From contig NC_043000.1 in assembly GCF_006345805.1 (NCBI RefSeq), forward strand, positions 22,010,001 through 22,074,000: a stretch of 64,000 nt of DNA, given 5' to 3'. Source of the DNA: Octopus sinensis (lineage: Eukaryota). Each line of letters begins with the position of its first letter. Positions within the stretch are counted from its first letter, which is position 1. This document shows positions 1-13,639 of this stretch, one piece after another. The notes beneath the pieces are model-generated. The model did not search any database. It worked only from the letters and a program-made list of their open reading frames with translations, and was not told the DNA's origin. A program made the translations under genes and the position numbers.

Positions 1-1539
1 AGGCAAACAGCAAGGCAACTGTTCTTGTCCCTCTACCATACTTTAGCCTTCCAACACCTGATACAATGCCACCTCCTTCAATTCTACTCTCCCACAAGGT
101 CAAGGGGTCTTGCCTTGCAAATTACTTGGTGACTTCACTAGTGCTGGTGCCACATAAAAAGCACCCAGTTACACTCTGTAAAGTGGTTGGTGTTAAGAAG
201 GGCATCTGGCTGTAAAAACTATTTCAAAGCAGACTTTGGAGTTCAATGCAGTCTTATGGCTCATTAGATCCTCTTGAACCATCAAGCCCTTGCCAGCAAG
301 GAACACAGATGTTAAATGATAATGATGATGATAATGAAACTGAAAGAAGCCCGTCATGTATAATGCAAGTAGAACAACAACTTCAACAATATTTCTGATA
401 AAAGTAATTAAGACATCATCAGATGGATATTACTAAGATGAGTAACTGCTTAGTAAATTCATAAGGAAACTAGGCATGTTGCTGTTGTTTAACCCCAGAT
501 TAACATTGGCCAAGTAGAACTATGAGTAAAGGCATTCCAGGTGTGACCACCTTGTCTTTTTTCAGCAATAGTGCATACAGGACCCCATCATGCAAGATGG
601 TATGATTCAAGGAAGATTTTGACAGCTATTTCCAGCAGGGGTTCTCTCATTAGCTTAGAGCTAAGTCTGTGCTTTACATTCCTAAAGAAAGACAGAGAGA
701 CAGGACAATTGTGTTGTGTATGCATTATGTCATTCAATAGGGGTCAGAAAAAAAAATAGCCATAAAAACCTTATTTATGGAAAGGTGACCTTTTATTTAC
801 TTCTCATTAAATATACTTCGAATCTTCATTTTTTTTTTTTTTAAGCTTTTTACTTCTAGAATAGTCACCATCATCATCATCATTGTTTAACGTCCATTTT
901 CCATGCTAGCATGGGTTGGACGATTTGACTGAGGACTGGTGAACCAGATGGCTGCACCAGGCTCCAATCTTGATCTGGCAGAGTTTCTACAGCTGGATGC
1001 TTAGGCCACAAGGTTATGGTCTCACTTGGCTTGCCAGGTCTTCTCAAGCATCTTCAAATATATCCTGTGCCAGAACAATGATTTAACAGTTAAGCAATAG
1101 TTAGCTAATAATTAACCAGTTGTTTTGAAGATTATGGTTACAAGTTTTTAATCATACTCATGTCAAATTAACTACTGGGATCAATAGACAATCAGCATGA
1201 TTACCAGAAAAAAGTGATAAATAATTTTTAGAACTCTGAGTATTCCTGTACATTTAACAGGAAACTGAGAGGAAGGCTCATATTATAGTCTGAGTTTTAT
1301 TTCATCGAAATCAACAGTTGTGTAGGTCACAGAGTACATACAACAGAAAGTTTGTTTATTTAATATTTAGTTATATCATATAAATACAAAATAAACAAAC
1401 ACTGTGTTTTTTTGTTGTTGTTCTTTTTTGGCTTTATAAATGTGTATAAAAATAACCTACATCTAACATACTGAATCTAATAATATAGTTACTCATTTAT
1501 TAATCTGTTAGTGCCAGTAGATGTTAACTAGTGCAGCAA

Positions 1540-1860
1540 TACCCTTACTGGCTGTTATAACAAAGGCAAGAGAAAGGAAACTTTGGCATGAAACTAATGG
1601 ACCAAGTCTTGAAAATGGTTGAGAGTATAAAACATTTGGTAAATTTGGAGAAGATGCAGTTTAGGGCTTGTAATGAGACAACTGCAAAAGAAGCTCAAAG
1701 TCACATTTCCATATTACATAACTTCACTGGAAAAAATCTGCAACACCATTCAAAGATTTATCATGAAAAATTTAATGTAGGGACAGGTGTTGACTAGGGC
1801 TCTGTATTCAGACCCTTACTATTCACTACTCTTCTTGAGGCAATAACAGAAGGGTGTAAA
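1540..1860 (+). mobile_element. Decayed RTE-like RT fragment
   Basis: MKLMDQVLK..EKMQF; gtgttgactagggctctgtattcagaccc resembles GV.QGS.LSP. Confidence 0.55.
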
Positions 1861-1871
1861 ATTGGATGCCC

Positions 1872-2047
1872 TAATGGGGGTCAGTTGATTAGATCGACCC
1901 CAGTACACAACTAGTGCATAATTTATCAACCCCGAAAGGATGAAAGGCAAAGTCAACAATGGCGGAATTTGAACTTAGAACATAAAGACAGATGAAATAC
2001 TAAGCATTCCACCCGGTGTGCTAACATTTCAGCCAGCTCGCCGCCTT
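1872..2047 (-). mobile_element. SINE family B (tRNA head, ctttcatcctttcggggtcgata domain)
   Basis: About 12 copies; the central domain resembles (from memory) the Meta/MESC-type SINE domain. Confidence 0.85.
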
Positions 2048-2764
2048 ATATAATTATATAATGTGATTTAAATGTAAATCACATGACAAATAACCAGTAT
2101 TAGAACTCCATGTGTGTTCATGTACATCCAAAGAGAAGTGGGGGTGGGGAGGACTCATACAGTCTGAGTTGGTTGGAATCTACAGTTGTGTATGTGTCAC
2201 AGAGTGCATACACAAAGCAAAAGACATCAGGAAAGTTTGTTTATATATTTAGATACAGCATCTAAATATCATATTAAAAAAAACTCTTCTGTTTTGTTTT
2301 GCCTTGCTTTCCATATATACGTGCGTGTGTGTGTGTGTGTCTGTGTGTGTGTGCAGACACATAAATGCACAACATAATGCAAGCAAATACAAACCACATA
2401 ACAACAAAAACAGTTTAAGAGGGTGAGAAGGGGAAGGGGGAATCAGAGGAAATTGGGGTTGCATCTAAAGGTGCTGAGGAACAGAAGTGCCCAGATTGAA
2501 AATAAGGCCCTGCTCCTTGTATTTGCAGATCACATGTGAGCCAAAGTATTGGAGGACACCATAGACTGATAGATGATCAAAGACAGGACCAGATGAGTTT
2601 GAAACACCCCAGGTATTGTTACACATGTCCAGCAAATGCTCACAGAAACTATCTCCCAAATGGTAACCCATTTCACCTAAGTACTGTGTGCCACAGAGCT
2701 TCAATCTAAGAAACATATTAGGTTAGGGGAGTTGCAGTCAGAATGGTTCTTTCTTTTTATTCTT

Positions 2765-2979
2765 TTATTTGTTTCAGTCTGTTTATTTGTTTGACTGCGG
2801 CCATGCTGGAGCACCGCCTTTAGTCAAGCAAATTGACCCCAGGACTCATTCTTTGTAAGCCTAGTACTTATTCTATCGGTCTCTCTTGCAGAACCGCTAA
2901 GTGACGGGGACGTAAACACACCAACGTCGGTTGTCAAGAGATGTTGGGGGGACAAACACACACACACAAATATATACAT

Positions 2980-3026
<47 letters not shown>

Positions 3027-3180
3027 TATGACGGGCTTCTTTCAGTTTCCATCTACGAAATCCATTCACAAGGTTTTGTTCAGCCCAAGGCTATAGCAGA
3101 AGATACCTGCCCAAGGTGCCATGCAGTAAGACTGAACCCGGAACCATGTGGTTGGTGAACAAGCTACTTACCACACAGCC
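2765..3180 (-). mobile_element. tRNA-derived SINE family A (CORE-like, internal TA/CA microsatellite)
   Basis: About 20 copies in the window; head ggctgtgtggtaagtagcttgc..ggttcagtc, core accttgggcaagt. Confidence 0.9.
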
Positions 3181-3962
3181 AGTCAATTGTGCCCCATGGC
3201 AGACGAAGGGACATGTAAGGTACCAAGAGTAGGGAGCACATGGATATGCCAAGTTAGAGTATCTAACAGTGATGAGAATTCCTCACTAAATGACAGTAAA
3301 TGTAATGGTTACTATAAGCAGTCATGGCTAACTGTGAGTACTACAACATACTTTTTATTAAAATTATCTATGACCAAATGGGTGTTTTTCTAAGGAAAAA
3401 TACAAAGAAACAGCAATAACTATTTGTAAACCTACAAATTGACTTCACAAAACACAGGAATATTAATCATAATAAACAGCACATTAATCTTATAGAAGGC
3501 ATAACACTGTAACTAAGTTTTCCTAAGATAAAAAAAAAAGCAATGTAAATACTTGTAACAAAAATTCTAAGGATTTGTTTGATATGAAATCAATCAAAAT
3601 ATAGGAAGAGGTTGATAACTTTTGCACTTATAAATTGTAGGTCAAGAATAGGAATTTCCAAGATAAACTAATTCTAAAGGTACTTCAGGTGTATCATTGT
3701 TGTTCTCTCCTTTCTCATGTAACAAACTGAAATAAGGGACATGAGTATTCTTTTGTTCTGAAAATGCCACCATCATCTACAATACATTCGTCTATCATTT
3801 CACATACATGAACAGCCATGTCTAATCTATTTAATAAATAATGAAATTAACATAACGCAGCTTGAGAAACCGTTTAATCAGAAATTATAAATTTGTGCCT
3901 CAGTCAATATGTTGCTAAAGCAATATTCGGTGATAATTCATCTCTTATTCTGAACACAGGCA

Positions 3963-4310
3963 CAGGCATGGCTGTGTGATTAAGAAGTTTGTTTTGCAAC
4001 TATGTGGATTCAGGTTCAATCCCTCTGTGTGGTACCTTGGGTAAGTGTTTTCTACTATAGCTCTGGACTACCCAATGCCTTGTGAGTGAATTTGGTAAAT
4101 GGAAACTGTGTGGAAGCCCATCGTATACATACATGTGTATGTGTCTTTGTGTTTGTCCCTGACACCACATAACTTAGCAGTATAGCAAAAGAGCCCAGTA
4201 GAATGAATACCAGACTTCAAAAAATAAGTACCGGGGACTATTTGTACAACTGAACACTTCAAGGCAGTGCTCCAGCATGGCTGGAGTCCATTGACTGAAA
4301 CAAGTAAAAC
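3963..4310 (+). mobile_element. SINE family A
   Basis: Homology to other copies. Confidence 0.85.
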
Positions 4311-4399
4311 ATAAATATTATTCTTAATATTCTAATTGCACATTGTAATGTTTTTACATCTATAGCAATCTTGAGAAGACAAGAAGCAACTCCCAGTGG

Positions 4400-5330
4400 C
4401 GCCATCCAACTCTCATTGTTTGCATTCAAAACTTCCTATTCAAACCACACCATAGCAGCAGGTGCTCATGTAATTCTCCCCAACCCAAACAGTCAATTCT
4501 GGTGTATCCATATGTTTGGTTATGTTTCTCAGATTCTGCCTTCTCTGCTCTAACAACTTACTTACTGCCATTTCTAACAGCATATACATACTTCTATGCA
4601 GATGATATCATTTTTCACTCTTCATTAACCTTCAACACAAAGTCTAGACACCTCACGGCAGATCTCAGCAAACTCCACAATAAGAAACTCCAAAGATATT
4701 CTTGCAATGACAGCCAACAATCACTACGTATTATCAAAGGAGACAGTCTTGTACTTCATCATTTCAATCAATGAAATAACATAATTAAAACACTGAAAAC
4801 TGCTATAAATACCAAGATCACACAATTTCTTATATTTGATGGTGAAACCCACATATTAAACCATATCCCAAAAGCAAGAGTTCCTCTTCAGAGCCAGAAA
4901 TTATTTCAGCTCTGACCAATTGCTAATGCTCCACAAAGTAAGGCTGACTTATATATAAGGCAGTAGTGTTGCTACAAACAAAATTGTTAGACAGCATCCA
5001 AAATAGTTCATTCAAATAATTGGAGTATTTTCACTCCTAAACTCACTAATATGTTGAGCAGAGTTACATTATTTCTTCTTTATGGCTCTTCTACCATTAC
5101 TACAATGATCATTGGCCCCACAAACTAACTGGATACACACATTCAACACAGTCAGATCTCCTTCTTTTATCAGTCTTGTTATGTCTTAGTGCCTGGACTC
5201 AACACTAAATATGTCTCTCAAACCTTCCTCATAAGAAATAACCATTCAGATTTCCCACCCAGCAGACATTAGCCTATGCTTATTTACACTTCATCAATCA
5301 ATGTGGCTGTAAAACCTTCAAAGGTCATGT
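4400..5330 (+). mobile_element. Decayed Jockey/CR1/L2-like LINE fragment
   Basis: YADD at about 4595 with degenerate downstream LINE-like 3' sequence. Confidence 0.55.
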
Positions 5331-6276
5331 CTACTGATCATTTTCCTTTTACTTACAAATTAAAAAAATATATTTGTGAGCTACATATTTTTTTTATATA
5401 TATATGAAAAAAACTAATTTGTCCTACATCTACCATCAACAACAAAGAGGAGCCCATGAGAAATAGCAGCTAAATTTACCTCAAATCACATTGTAAAGGT
5501 CATACTATATAAATTAGTCATAGATACACAAAAAGATGGGATGGTCATGGATGAAATACCTTTAATACTTGATTAGCAGTTTTGGGTATAGTTCTCTTTA
5601 ATTATACACCTGCTTTTTAATCACCTCTTCAATTCATCTAAATTCTCTCCCAGATTTACAACACTAGATGAACATTGTGTTCTAAAATATTTTTTAAAAT
5701 AGAAAAATATTTTCAAAAATGTCCATCTCCTTTTTTGTTTAATCCATAAAGAGGAAAGAAAAATCAGCTAAAGTATATGACTAATGGTATAAAAATATGT
5801 CTAACACAGAAATTAACAAGATAAATATTCCCTTCCTTAATCAATAGATTATGCTCAATTCATTTATCTACACATTTCATATGTCCTCTTGCCACAACTG
5901 TGTATTCTTAACATTATGTTTTTCCAATAAACACATCACACATCCCACCTACAGCAGGAAAAAGTTATCATTCCATCATCAATAAAGTTAGGTTTCTGAA
6001 TTCTTTATAAATACTGCAGATAACTAAAAGTAAGTTATCTATAACTTCAGTGAATTAGCACAAGGATTGCTTGACGTTTAGTCCATGGTTCACACTGTCA
6101 ATCACACACTGACATATTTAGGTTAATCGATGTAATTATATAATATTACAACAGATTGTTTAGTGCCTTAATATTGCCCACCCACCCACCAGATGACTTA
6201 AAAAAGAAGTTTCTGGATGCCAAAGCTGGAACATTTGTTGTTTTTTAATTTTCATTACAGCTATATATCTTGTTTG

Positions 6277-6540
6277 TGGAGGCGCATGGCTTAGTGGTTA
6301 GGGTGTCAGCATCATGATCGTAAGATTGTGGTTTCGATCCCTGGACCAGGCAACGCGTTGTGTTCTTGAGCAAAGCACTTCATTTCACGTTGCTCCAGTC
6401 CACTCAGCTGGCAAAAACGAGTAACGCTGTGAAGGACTGGCGTCCCATCCAGCTGGAGAACACATACGCCATATAAACCAGGAAACCAGGCCCATGAGAC
6501 TGGTTAGGCTTTAAAAGGGCACATTTATTTATTATTTATA
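6277..6540 (+). mobile_element. tRNA-derived SINE family D, (TTTA)n tail
   Basis: Head ggaggcgcatggcttagtggttag..gtttcgatccc; gactggcgtcccatccag resembles a V-type domain; related heads at 23235, 35655 and 63265. Confidence 0.8.
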
Positions 6541-6799
6541 TATCTTGTTAATCCATCATCTAGTTTTATATAAAGTTATACATCTTATTAGCCCCTCAGT
6601 TTAGATTACAACTATACATCTTTGTAATCCATTACCTAGGTTTGATACAGCTTTACATTTTGTTTGCCCATTATTTGGTTTTGTACTCCTTGAGCAGCCA
6701 TTTTGTTCGTATGTATGTATGTATATATGTACGTATGCATGCACACATATGACAGTTCAAAGAGTCTTTTGTTGTAGCAAAATGCAAATGGAAAGCATG

Positions 6800-7150
6800 A
6801 ACAGTAATAGAATATGCACAAGAAGTGAACAGTGAATGAGTCGTTTAAAAAACAAAAGGTGGGGTTTGGGGTACCAAGTGTAATGCTGGATTTGAAGGAT
6901 GTAGTGTCCTGACAGGTAATAACTGATGCAGGTAGTTGTTTCTTGATTTTGTAAGCATGTCCATGAGTGTTAGACATGGAATTCAAAAAGGTACCCAAGG
7001 GTGTTGTTGGAAAGATGGTGAATAATCTTGTGGGTATCTACCAAGTCAGTTGCCAGATCATGATGTTCAGAGTATGGTAGATCCCTGACAGTGGGTATTC
7101 ATCTGGTTGCACATTTCTGAACAGTTTCCAGAAATTGAAGTTAGCCTACT
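6800..7150 (-). mobile_element. CR1 3' fragment, same family as 20177-21750
   Basis: Reverse complement resembles 21380-21640 (NTHGHAYKIKKQ..LPASVI). Confidence 0.8.
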
Positions 7151-7849
7151 TAGGCTAAAATCAGTCATTAAACTTTGCAAATTTTACTAAATTCACACGA
7201 CACAAAGAGAGATGAATTCTAACATTTCAGATAGGAGGAATATATTGAGTGGCAATAAATGAGACTGGGGAATCTAAGAAATGGGGTAGTAAAATGGTTA
7301 GGTGACGCCAATGGTCATAGAATATCACAGGCCAGAGTGCAAGAGTCAAAATGAAAGGAAAAATACAGAGATAAGATAAAAGTTTAAAGAATTTTTAGCT
7401 AAACATAGCTAAAATGTTCTTACAGAAATTCTTCAAACTTTATACAACCTTTTGTAATAACTTCAAAACAGTAATCCCAGAAAAATGTAACAAATGATTA
7501 TGATTTTTTTCATTACTATTTCATTCATGCTTAAACAGATATGCTCATGATTAGATAAGCACATCAACTATCACCGACGTACTTTAAAATATCAAACACA
7601 GGATATGAGAAGAAACTAAATATAGAAAAGATTATAATGATTTCTAATTTTAGGCACAAACCCATAAAATTTTCCAGGTTTTACAGACTCTTGTTTCTGC
7701 AATTAAACTATGGAAACATATTATTTTTGATTATGCTTTATTAAAAATACATCCTACGATTCAACTTTTATCTATATCTACTAAACTAAAAACAGGAGAA
7801 TCAAATATTTATCCAGGATAGTACAATGTTCTCACTAGAGAATTGATGG

Positions 7850-8340
7850 GTCCATTTTTAATCTTGCACACCTCAGAGCAAAAACCAAGTTAACCTTGAT
7901 CAGAGATCTCCACTTTGCAGATGACACAGCATTAGTTGCTCACAGTGAGTTGACCCCACAGGCAATGATGGAGCACCTTTCACAAGCCTGCAAAATATTT
8001 TTTCTTGTAATTAGCATCAAGAAGACCATCATTCTGTCACAAGATGGCACAGCTCAAAACAACATCATATTGGACAACAAGCCACTGGAGGTTGTAAAGA
8101 AATTCTGTCCCGGGTCCACAATGTCTTTGACAACCTCCCTAGATGACTAAATGTGTCTGGATAGGAAAAGCTGCAACAGCCTTTGGTAGACTCAGCAAAA
8201 GACTATGGAACAACAAGATGCTCAGTGAAAACCAAAATTAGGATTTATGAAGCATGGATACTGAGCACCCTCCTCTATAGATCAAAGACCTGGACACTGT
8301 ACACAAGACAATAGAAGAAGCTCAATGTCATTCATCTACT
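7850..8340 (+). mobile_element. RTE (BovB-like) LINE fragment
   Basis: IRDLHFADDTALVAHS..VISIKKT; AATAFGRL.KRLWN. Confidence 0.85.
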
Positions 8341-8600
8341 CCAGCCTTTAGAATGTCATCCTCACTGTATATGGCCAAGTTTTATCCTGATGGAAGAACA
8401 CCTTTCGTCTTGGAACCAAAGATGGTCATTTTGCTTCTAGTGCTGGCATTGATGAAGGGTTGAATGACCAAATCAAAGCTTCTCTGCTAGTACCCCAACA
8501 GTTATGATGGGATTTTGTTCCACCAGGGTTTGCAGGACATCCTCGTTGAGCTCTACAGATCTTGAAAGATGAGGTTCATCTTCTAGGCTGTAGCTTATGC
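8341..8600 (-). mobile_element. Mariner relic, internally deleted, same family as 63781-64000
   Basis: 8341-8430 aligns with 63912-64000; the upstream part translates LQTLVEQNPIITVGVLAEKL (HTH-like). Confidence 0.75.
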
Positions 8601-9778
8601 TTATTGTCTGATCCCCATATACTGCATTAATATTACTCGCACTTTCCATTGCATTGTTACCTTTATTTTAACTCATAAAGCAAAATATGCTCCTTTGACA
8701 CTTCCATTATAACCTTGAAAAAAATAACTGTTAAAATCAAACTGCACTCTTCAAAACTTGCACTAAGAATAAATACAAAGTAAAATTACTACCTGCTTTT
8801 ATAGCAAGCTGATGTACATAATTTATCCCATCCCCCTCCAACTTTTAGTTCATGCACTTGAAAAAGAACATTATTTATGGGATGACCCAATACATAAGGC
8901 TGCCCCTTAGTTCTATGATACAAATTTCCTGTTTTAAAGGATTTGAATTAAAGCCTTCCATCAAAATGTATGTTAATTTGTGTTCTAGATACCAGCTTAT
9001 TAATGACACAATTATTTTAATAAATTCTTCATTATTTTAAGAATTCATTAAAACAAAGGAAGTATATTTCAACAGAAATGTGTCAAGGAAAGGGTTAAGT
9101 TGACCCCAGTACTTCATTGGTACTTTATTTTTCTCAATCTTGAAAAAATGAAAAACAAAGTTGACTTTGGTTGAATTTGAACTCATAATGCTAAGGTTCA
9201 CAACTAAAGGTATATTATTTTATAAACATAAGATTCTGCCAAGCCACTGCCTTTAATATTTGTTGACAAATATTGATTTCAAATTTTGGCACAAAGCTAG
9301 TAATTTCAGGTAAGGGACTAAGTCAATTACATCAATCCCAGCCCTCAACTGGTACCCATTTTATTGACCCCAAAAGGATGAACGACAAAGTTGACCTCAG
9401 CAGAATTTGAACTCAGAATGTAAAGACAAACAAAATATAGCTCACTGCCTTTTTGTTGTCAAAAATTTAGAACAAATTTACAAAACGAATGCAAAAAGTA
9501 TATCAACAAAGGAAATTACAAGAATAAACCCAAAACAAATACTAAAATTATTTGAGGTTTTTTTTTTATATATTTTAATATATTAAAATCAAATTCTATA
9601 ATTTTTTTTTTATAAGAAATGTTGAAATAACCAGAAAGAACAACAAATATCTGCAGATAAGTAAATACACATTTCTTCATTTACATTCAAAGAAAGAATT
9701 TAAAAATGGCTAAATGCTTTAATTAATTTTTGAATTGGTTTTATTTCAATTGAATTAAATGTGCGTTAACATATATAC

Positions 9779-10290
9779 ACTTTTACTCATTTCAGTCATT
9801 TGGCCATACTGGAGCACCGCCTTTAGTTGAGCAAATCAACCTCTGTACTTATTCTATAGTGAAGATGCCGATGACCGCTCGGTTCAAAGTCTCCCTTGAC
9901 CACAAGTGGCCTGAACTCTTTACAAGAACACCACCCTGTACATAACTCCATGTCCCCCTACATGGCCTTGCTTTTTGCTTTTTGAGCCAAAAAATTAAAT
10001 AACTAACTAACTAACTATCGAACAGCTAAGTTACAGGGGCGTAAACACACCAGCATCGGTTATCAAGCGATGTTGGGGTGACAAATACAGACACACAAAC
10101 GTATACACATACACACATATATATATATTACACACACATATAAGACGGGCTTCTTTCAGTTTCTGTCTACCAAATCCACTCACAAGGCTTTGGTCGGCCC
10201 GAGGCTATAGTAGAAGACGCTTGCCCAAGGTACCAAGCAGTGGGACTGAACCCGGAACTATGTGGTTCGTAAGCAAGCTACTTACCACAC
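9779..10290 (-). mobile_element. SINE family A interrupted by a ~160-bp (TAAC)n-tailed insert (9858-10018)
   Basis: The two SINE halves are collinear across the insert. Confidence 0.85.
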
Positions 10291-10471
10291 AGCCACTCCT
10301 ATGCCTATATGCAAATAATACTTTACAGATACATGTAAATTTTAGAACAATTTAAATGTTATGGATTACCAGCATAGTAGTAAATATTACTTTTTTAAAA
10401 ACTCGAGTTTTCAGCAATTTTTTTTTTAATGAGATCTGATGCAATGCTTAACAGACAAATATTAAATATAA

Positions 10472-10760
10472 TCTGTTGTGTCTGAGGAGAGTCATTTTAT
10501 TTTTGTGCCTTATAATTTAACACACTCACTGGTAAAATTTCCACTTATTTCTTATTTTCATTTTTAGACTATTGAAAAGGTTGCAAGATGCTACGAAAAT
10601 TTTAGGAAAATAAAAATAAGAAATAAGTGGAAATTTTACCAGTGAGTGTGTTAAATTATAAGGCACAAAAAGAAAATGACTCTCCCCAGACACAACAGAA
10701 TATGCTTCAACACAAGAACTCACATAAAGAATCTTGCAAACAAAATCCAAAAACGAAATT
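10472..10760. mobile_element. Long palindromic (foldback/MITE) element, copy 1
   Basis: ~90-bp inverted arms 10472-10560 and 10610-10699; the right arm is extended. Confidence 0.85.
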
Positions 10761-10963
10761 AATATAATGTTCTTTGAAATTCATGATTTATATTTTCAAA
10801 CCTTTACAACCCAACTGCCAAACAAACTGCTGGGTCTATAGTCTAGATCACCTGTTTTAAATGAAGATATAAACTAATACTTAAAATACTATAACTTCAA
10901 ATCCACAGGAGAGAAAAAAATGGCATTTCCCAATAGTATGGATTTTGAATTAAATTTCTATAC

Positions 10964-11352
10964 AGGCGTGGCTGTGTGGTACAAAGGATTGCTTCCCAAC
11001 CATATGGTTCTGGGTTCAGTCCCACTGCATCGCCCTTTGGGCAAAGATCTTCTACTATAGCCTCAAGCCAACCAAAACTTTGCGAGTGGGTGGACTTAGT
11101 GGAAACTGAAAGAAGCCCATCGTACACACGCACGCAGTGTGTGTGAGTGTGTGCTTGACCCCACCACCGCTTCACAACCGATGCTGATTTATTTACCTCC
11201 CCGTAACTTAGTGATTCGGCAAATGGAAATCAACAGAATATGTACCAGGCTTTAAAAATTAAAAGGCACAGGGGTCGATTTCTTCGCCTAAAACGCTTCA
11301 AAGCGGTGCTCCAGCATGGCCGCAGTTTAATGATTGAAAGAGGTAAAAGATA
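10964..11352 (+). mobile_element. SINE family A
   Basis: Homology to other copies. Confidence 0.85.
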
Positions 11353-13502
11353 AAAGATCCTTAAAGTTAAATGAATGTTAAATATCAAAAATGATAAAGA
11401 ACAGATGTTACTATTATTATTATTAATGTATGATATCGCCATTATAAAAGATATTTTTTATCAATGTTTTTTTACAAATGTTGATGCGATCGTTTATTAG
11501 AGATGCTCTTTGCAAATGGTTGCATCAGCATCAACGACACATTGCATATTGTTGTTTAGTCCTAAATCTGAGCTGATTGAGTTGACGTACGATCCAACAC
11601 GTACCAACGATGGCCATCTCATCTTTTATAGCATATCTAATATATTATCCTGCAAGTTCTTCTCTTCTTTAAATAACAGTCTGATCTGAGGGATATTTGG
11701 CTGCCATTTCTAGGAGGTCGAATGACCACATAGACAGACGGGTATGGAAACATTTTAGCTTCAGGGCCGAAAGGCAAATATACTAGAACTTGTGGGACTG
11801 CATTTCTGCTAAAAAAAATAATGAATCTTCAATTTATACAAATTTATAGATATGTAAGTTAAAACTGTTGATTGAGTCTTGATTAAATTGTTTTATTTTG
11901 ATAGTTTTTTAGAGACTTCACCAGCGAGAGGCTTCGGGTACAGGGTCTCCAACTCCCAGATTTTATTAGTATATGTTCTAAGTTAGAGGTTCTTAAGCTA
12001 GGATTCGCGGACTCCTATGGGTACACAAAGGTAATGTTAGAGGTGTTTTGAATTTTAAGAGGCTGTAATGTAAAATGTAGACGTATCTTTCAACTGAAAG
12101 ATGAAACTGGGAAAACGAATTTGTTGTTAGTTAATAAAATCGGCTTATTCGATAGACCTTTCAAAAGTGTGGGATCCATAGGGAAATAAAAAGGGTTCTT
12201 GATTGTGAAAAGATTGAGAACCACTGTAGAAGATAAGTAGGCAATAATCCGGCTCCAGAGCCCCGCTTTAATTCTTTTATTTGTTCCAGTCATTAGACTG
12301 CGGCTATGCTGGGGATTCCAGGTCTTATGTCTCTGAAAGAAGTACGATCATCAATCTCCTCCCTCACTTCTTTTACTGAATCCAATAATTTTAATAACCC
12401 ATTGATGGATACTCATCATTATAAAACGTCAAGAGCATCCATCAGTACTGGACCTATTAGTTACACAAATACAGCTTAAGGCTTCAAAATATGATTAAAA
12501 GGTATATATGTTTTCAATTTTTATTTTCAAGTTTATATAGCATCACAAATCTTACTTATCAAAAACGATTGACCATCACCACGTATTTGTAAAATCAATA
12601 TTATTGATGGTTCACTGAATGATTGATAGTTAAGTGTTACTATTACACAATTGCTGACTTTCTGATGTCAATTTTCATTCATTCTTAACCAACGGGACTC
12701 TACGTGGCCGCTCGACCTGCTAGAAATAGCAGCTAAATCTCCCATCAAGTTACGCTTTACAGTCTTAAAAAAGGAAGGACATATAAGATAATGTAACCAT
12801 AGTTACATAATGCTCGAGAAAAAAACAGATGATCATGGCCGAAAAGCCCTGGTGCCAAACAACTAGTTTACCAAAAGTACACCAGAGTAAAACTGTGCAC
12901 ACACACAGTTTATACCTTACGTTCCCCATAAATTAGGCTTTTATTTAAGACTATCAAATATGTAATTCCATTTGTTTTCATCTATTACAATTCCAATCGC
13001 ATCCTGGTGCCTCATAGGGATGTTATTCTTTGGTGTGCGCTCGATCTCTATGGAAGAGGTGTTGTTCAGTTGCATAGGTCAAAGGTTTGCAGGTGGTTTA
13101 TTACATACAGCTTTTAGTCAGTATTTGGTTGCGTAATCATATGTTGCAAGTTTTAATAATTCTATTATTTACAAAGCTGAGTTTAAAAAAAAAGATTAGA
13201 AAATATCTATATTTTAAGCTTTTAAATCCAAATTTATAACTGTGAAACTAAAATGTAAAAACAAGTAGGAAGCAACTGAAATTTGAAAGAACAAAAATGA
13301 AATTGAACAAAATGCATTAATAATTCCCAATTTGTTTACATTTTCTCTACATCAGAATAAATGTCAAGTGTATAATTAAAAAAAAAAAACAAACATCGTA
13401 AATCCTTTGTTTAAATACAAGAAATAAAAAGTGGTAGGGGTTACACAACGAAGGACAAAGCATTGTCAGAAATCACTAACAAGATTTCTAAATTTCACCT
13501 AC

Positions 13503-13608
13503 CTCCAGTAATAAGTCCTCTCGCCATGGCCTGTGCCATGCGACCAGCACCGAGAAAACCAACCATGATATTGGCTGGGATGTCGCATCGCTTTCGTCTA
13601 TTCGACAT
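13503..13608 (-). CDS. PYCR: Pyrroline-5-carboxylate reductase, first coding exon MSNRRKRCDIPANIMVGFLGAGRMAQAMARGLITG
   Basis: Rossmann GxGxxA start VGFLGAGRMAQAMARGLI closely matches recalled PYCR3 VGFVGAGRMAGAIAQGLI; ends at a phase-1 G|gtaggt donor. Downstream exons were not found in the window. Confidence 0.8.
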
Positions 13609-13639
13609 AACGAAATTTAAAGAAAGCTAAGGTTAAAGG

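Noticed and set aside
2418-2460. G-rich tract as a G-quadruplex
   Set aside because: One loop is about 14 nt and nothing supports a function
6277-6352. tRNA-like heads (also 23235, 35655, 48150, 63265) as tRNA genes
   Set aside because: They continue into repeated SINE bodies and I could not see an intact cloverleaf; tRNAscan-SE would be decisive
1-13500. Candidate PYCR exon 2 after acceptor-like sites (about 11810, 13040, 8920, 3780)
   Set aside because: Frames tried gave stops or no PYCR-like residues
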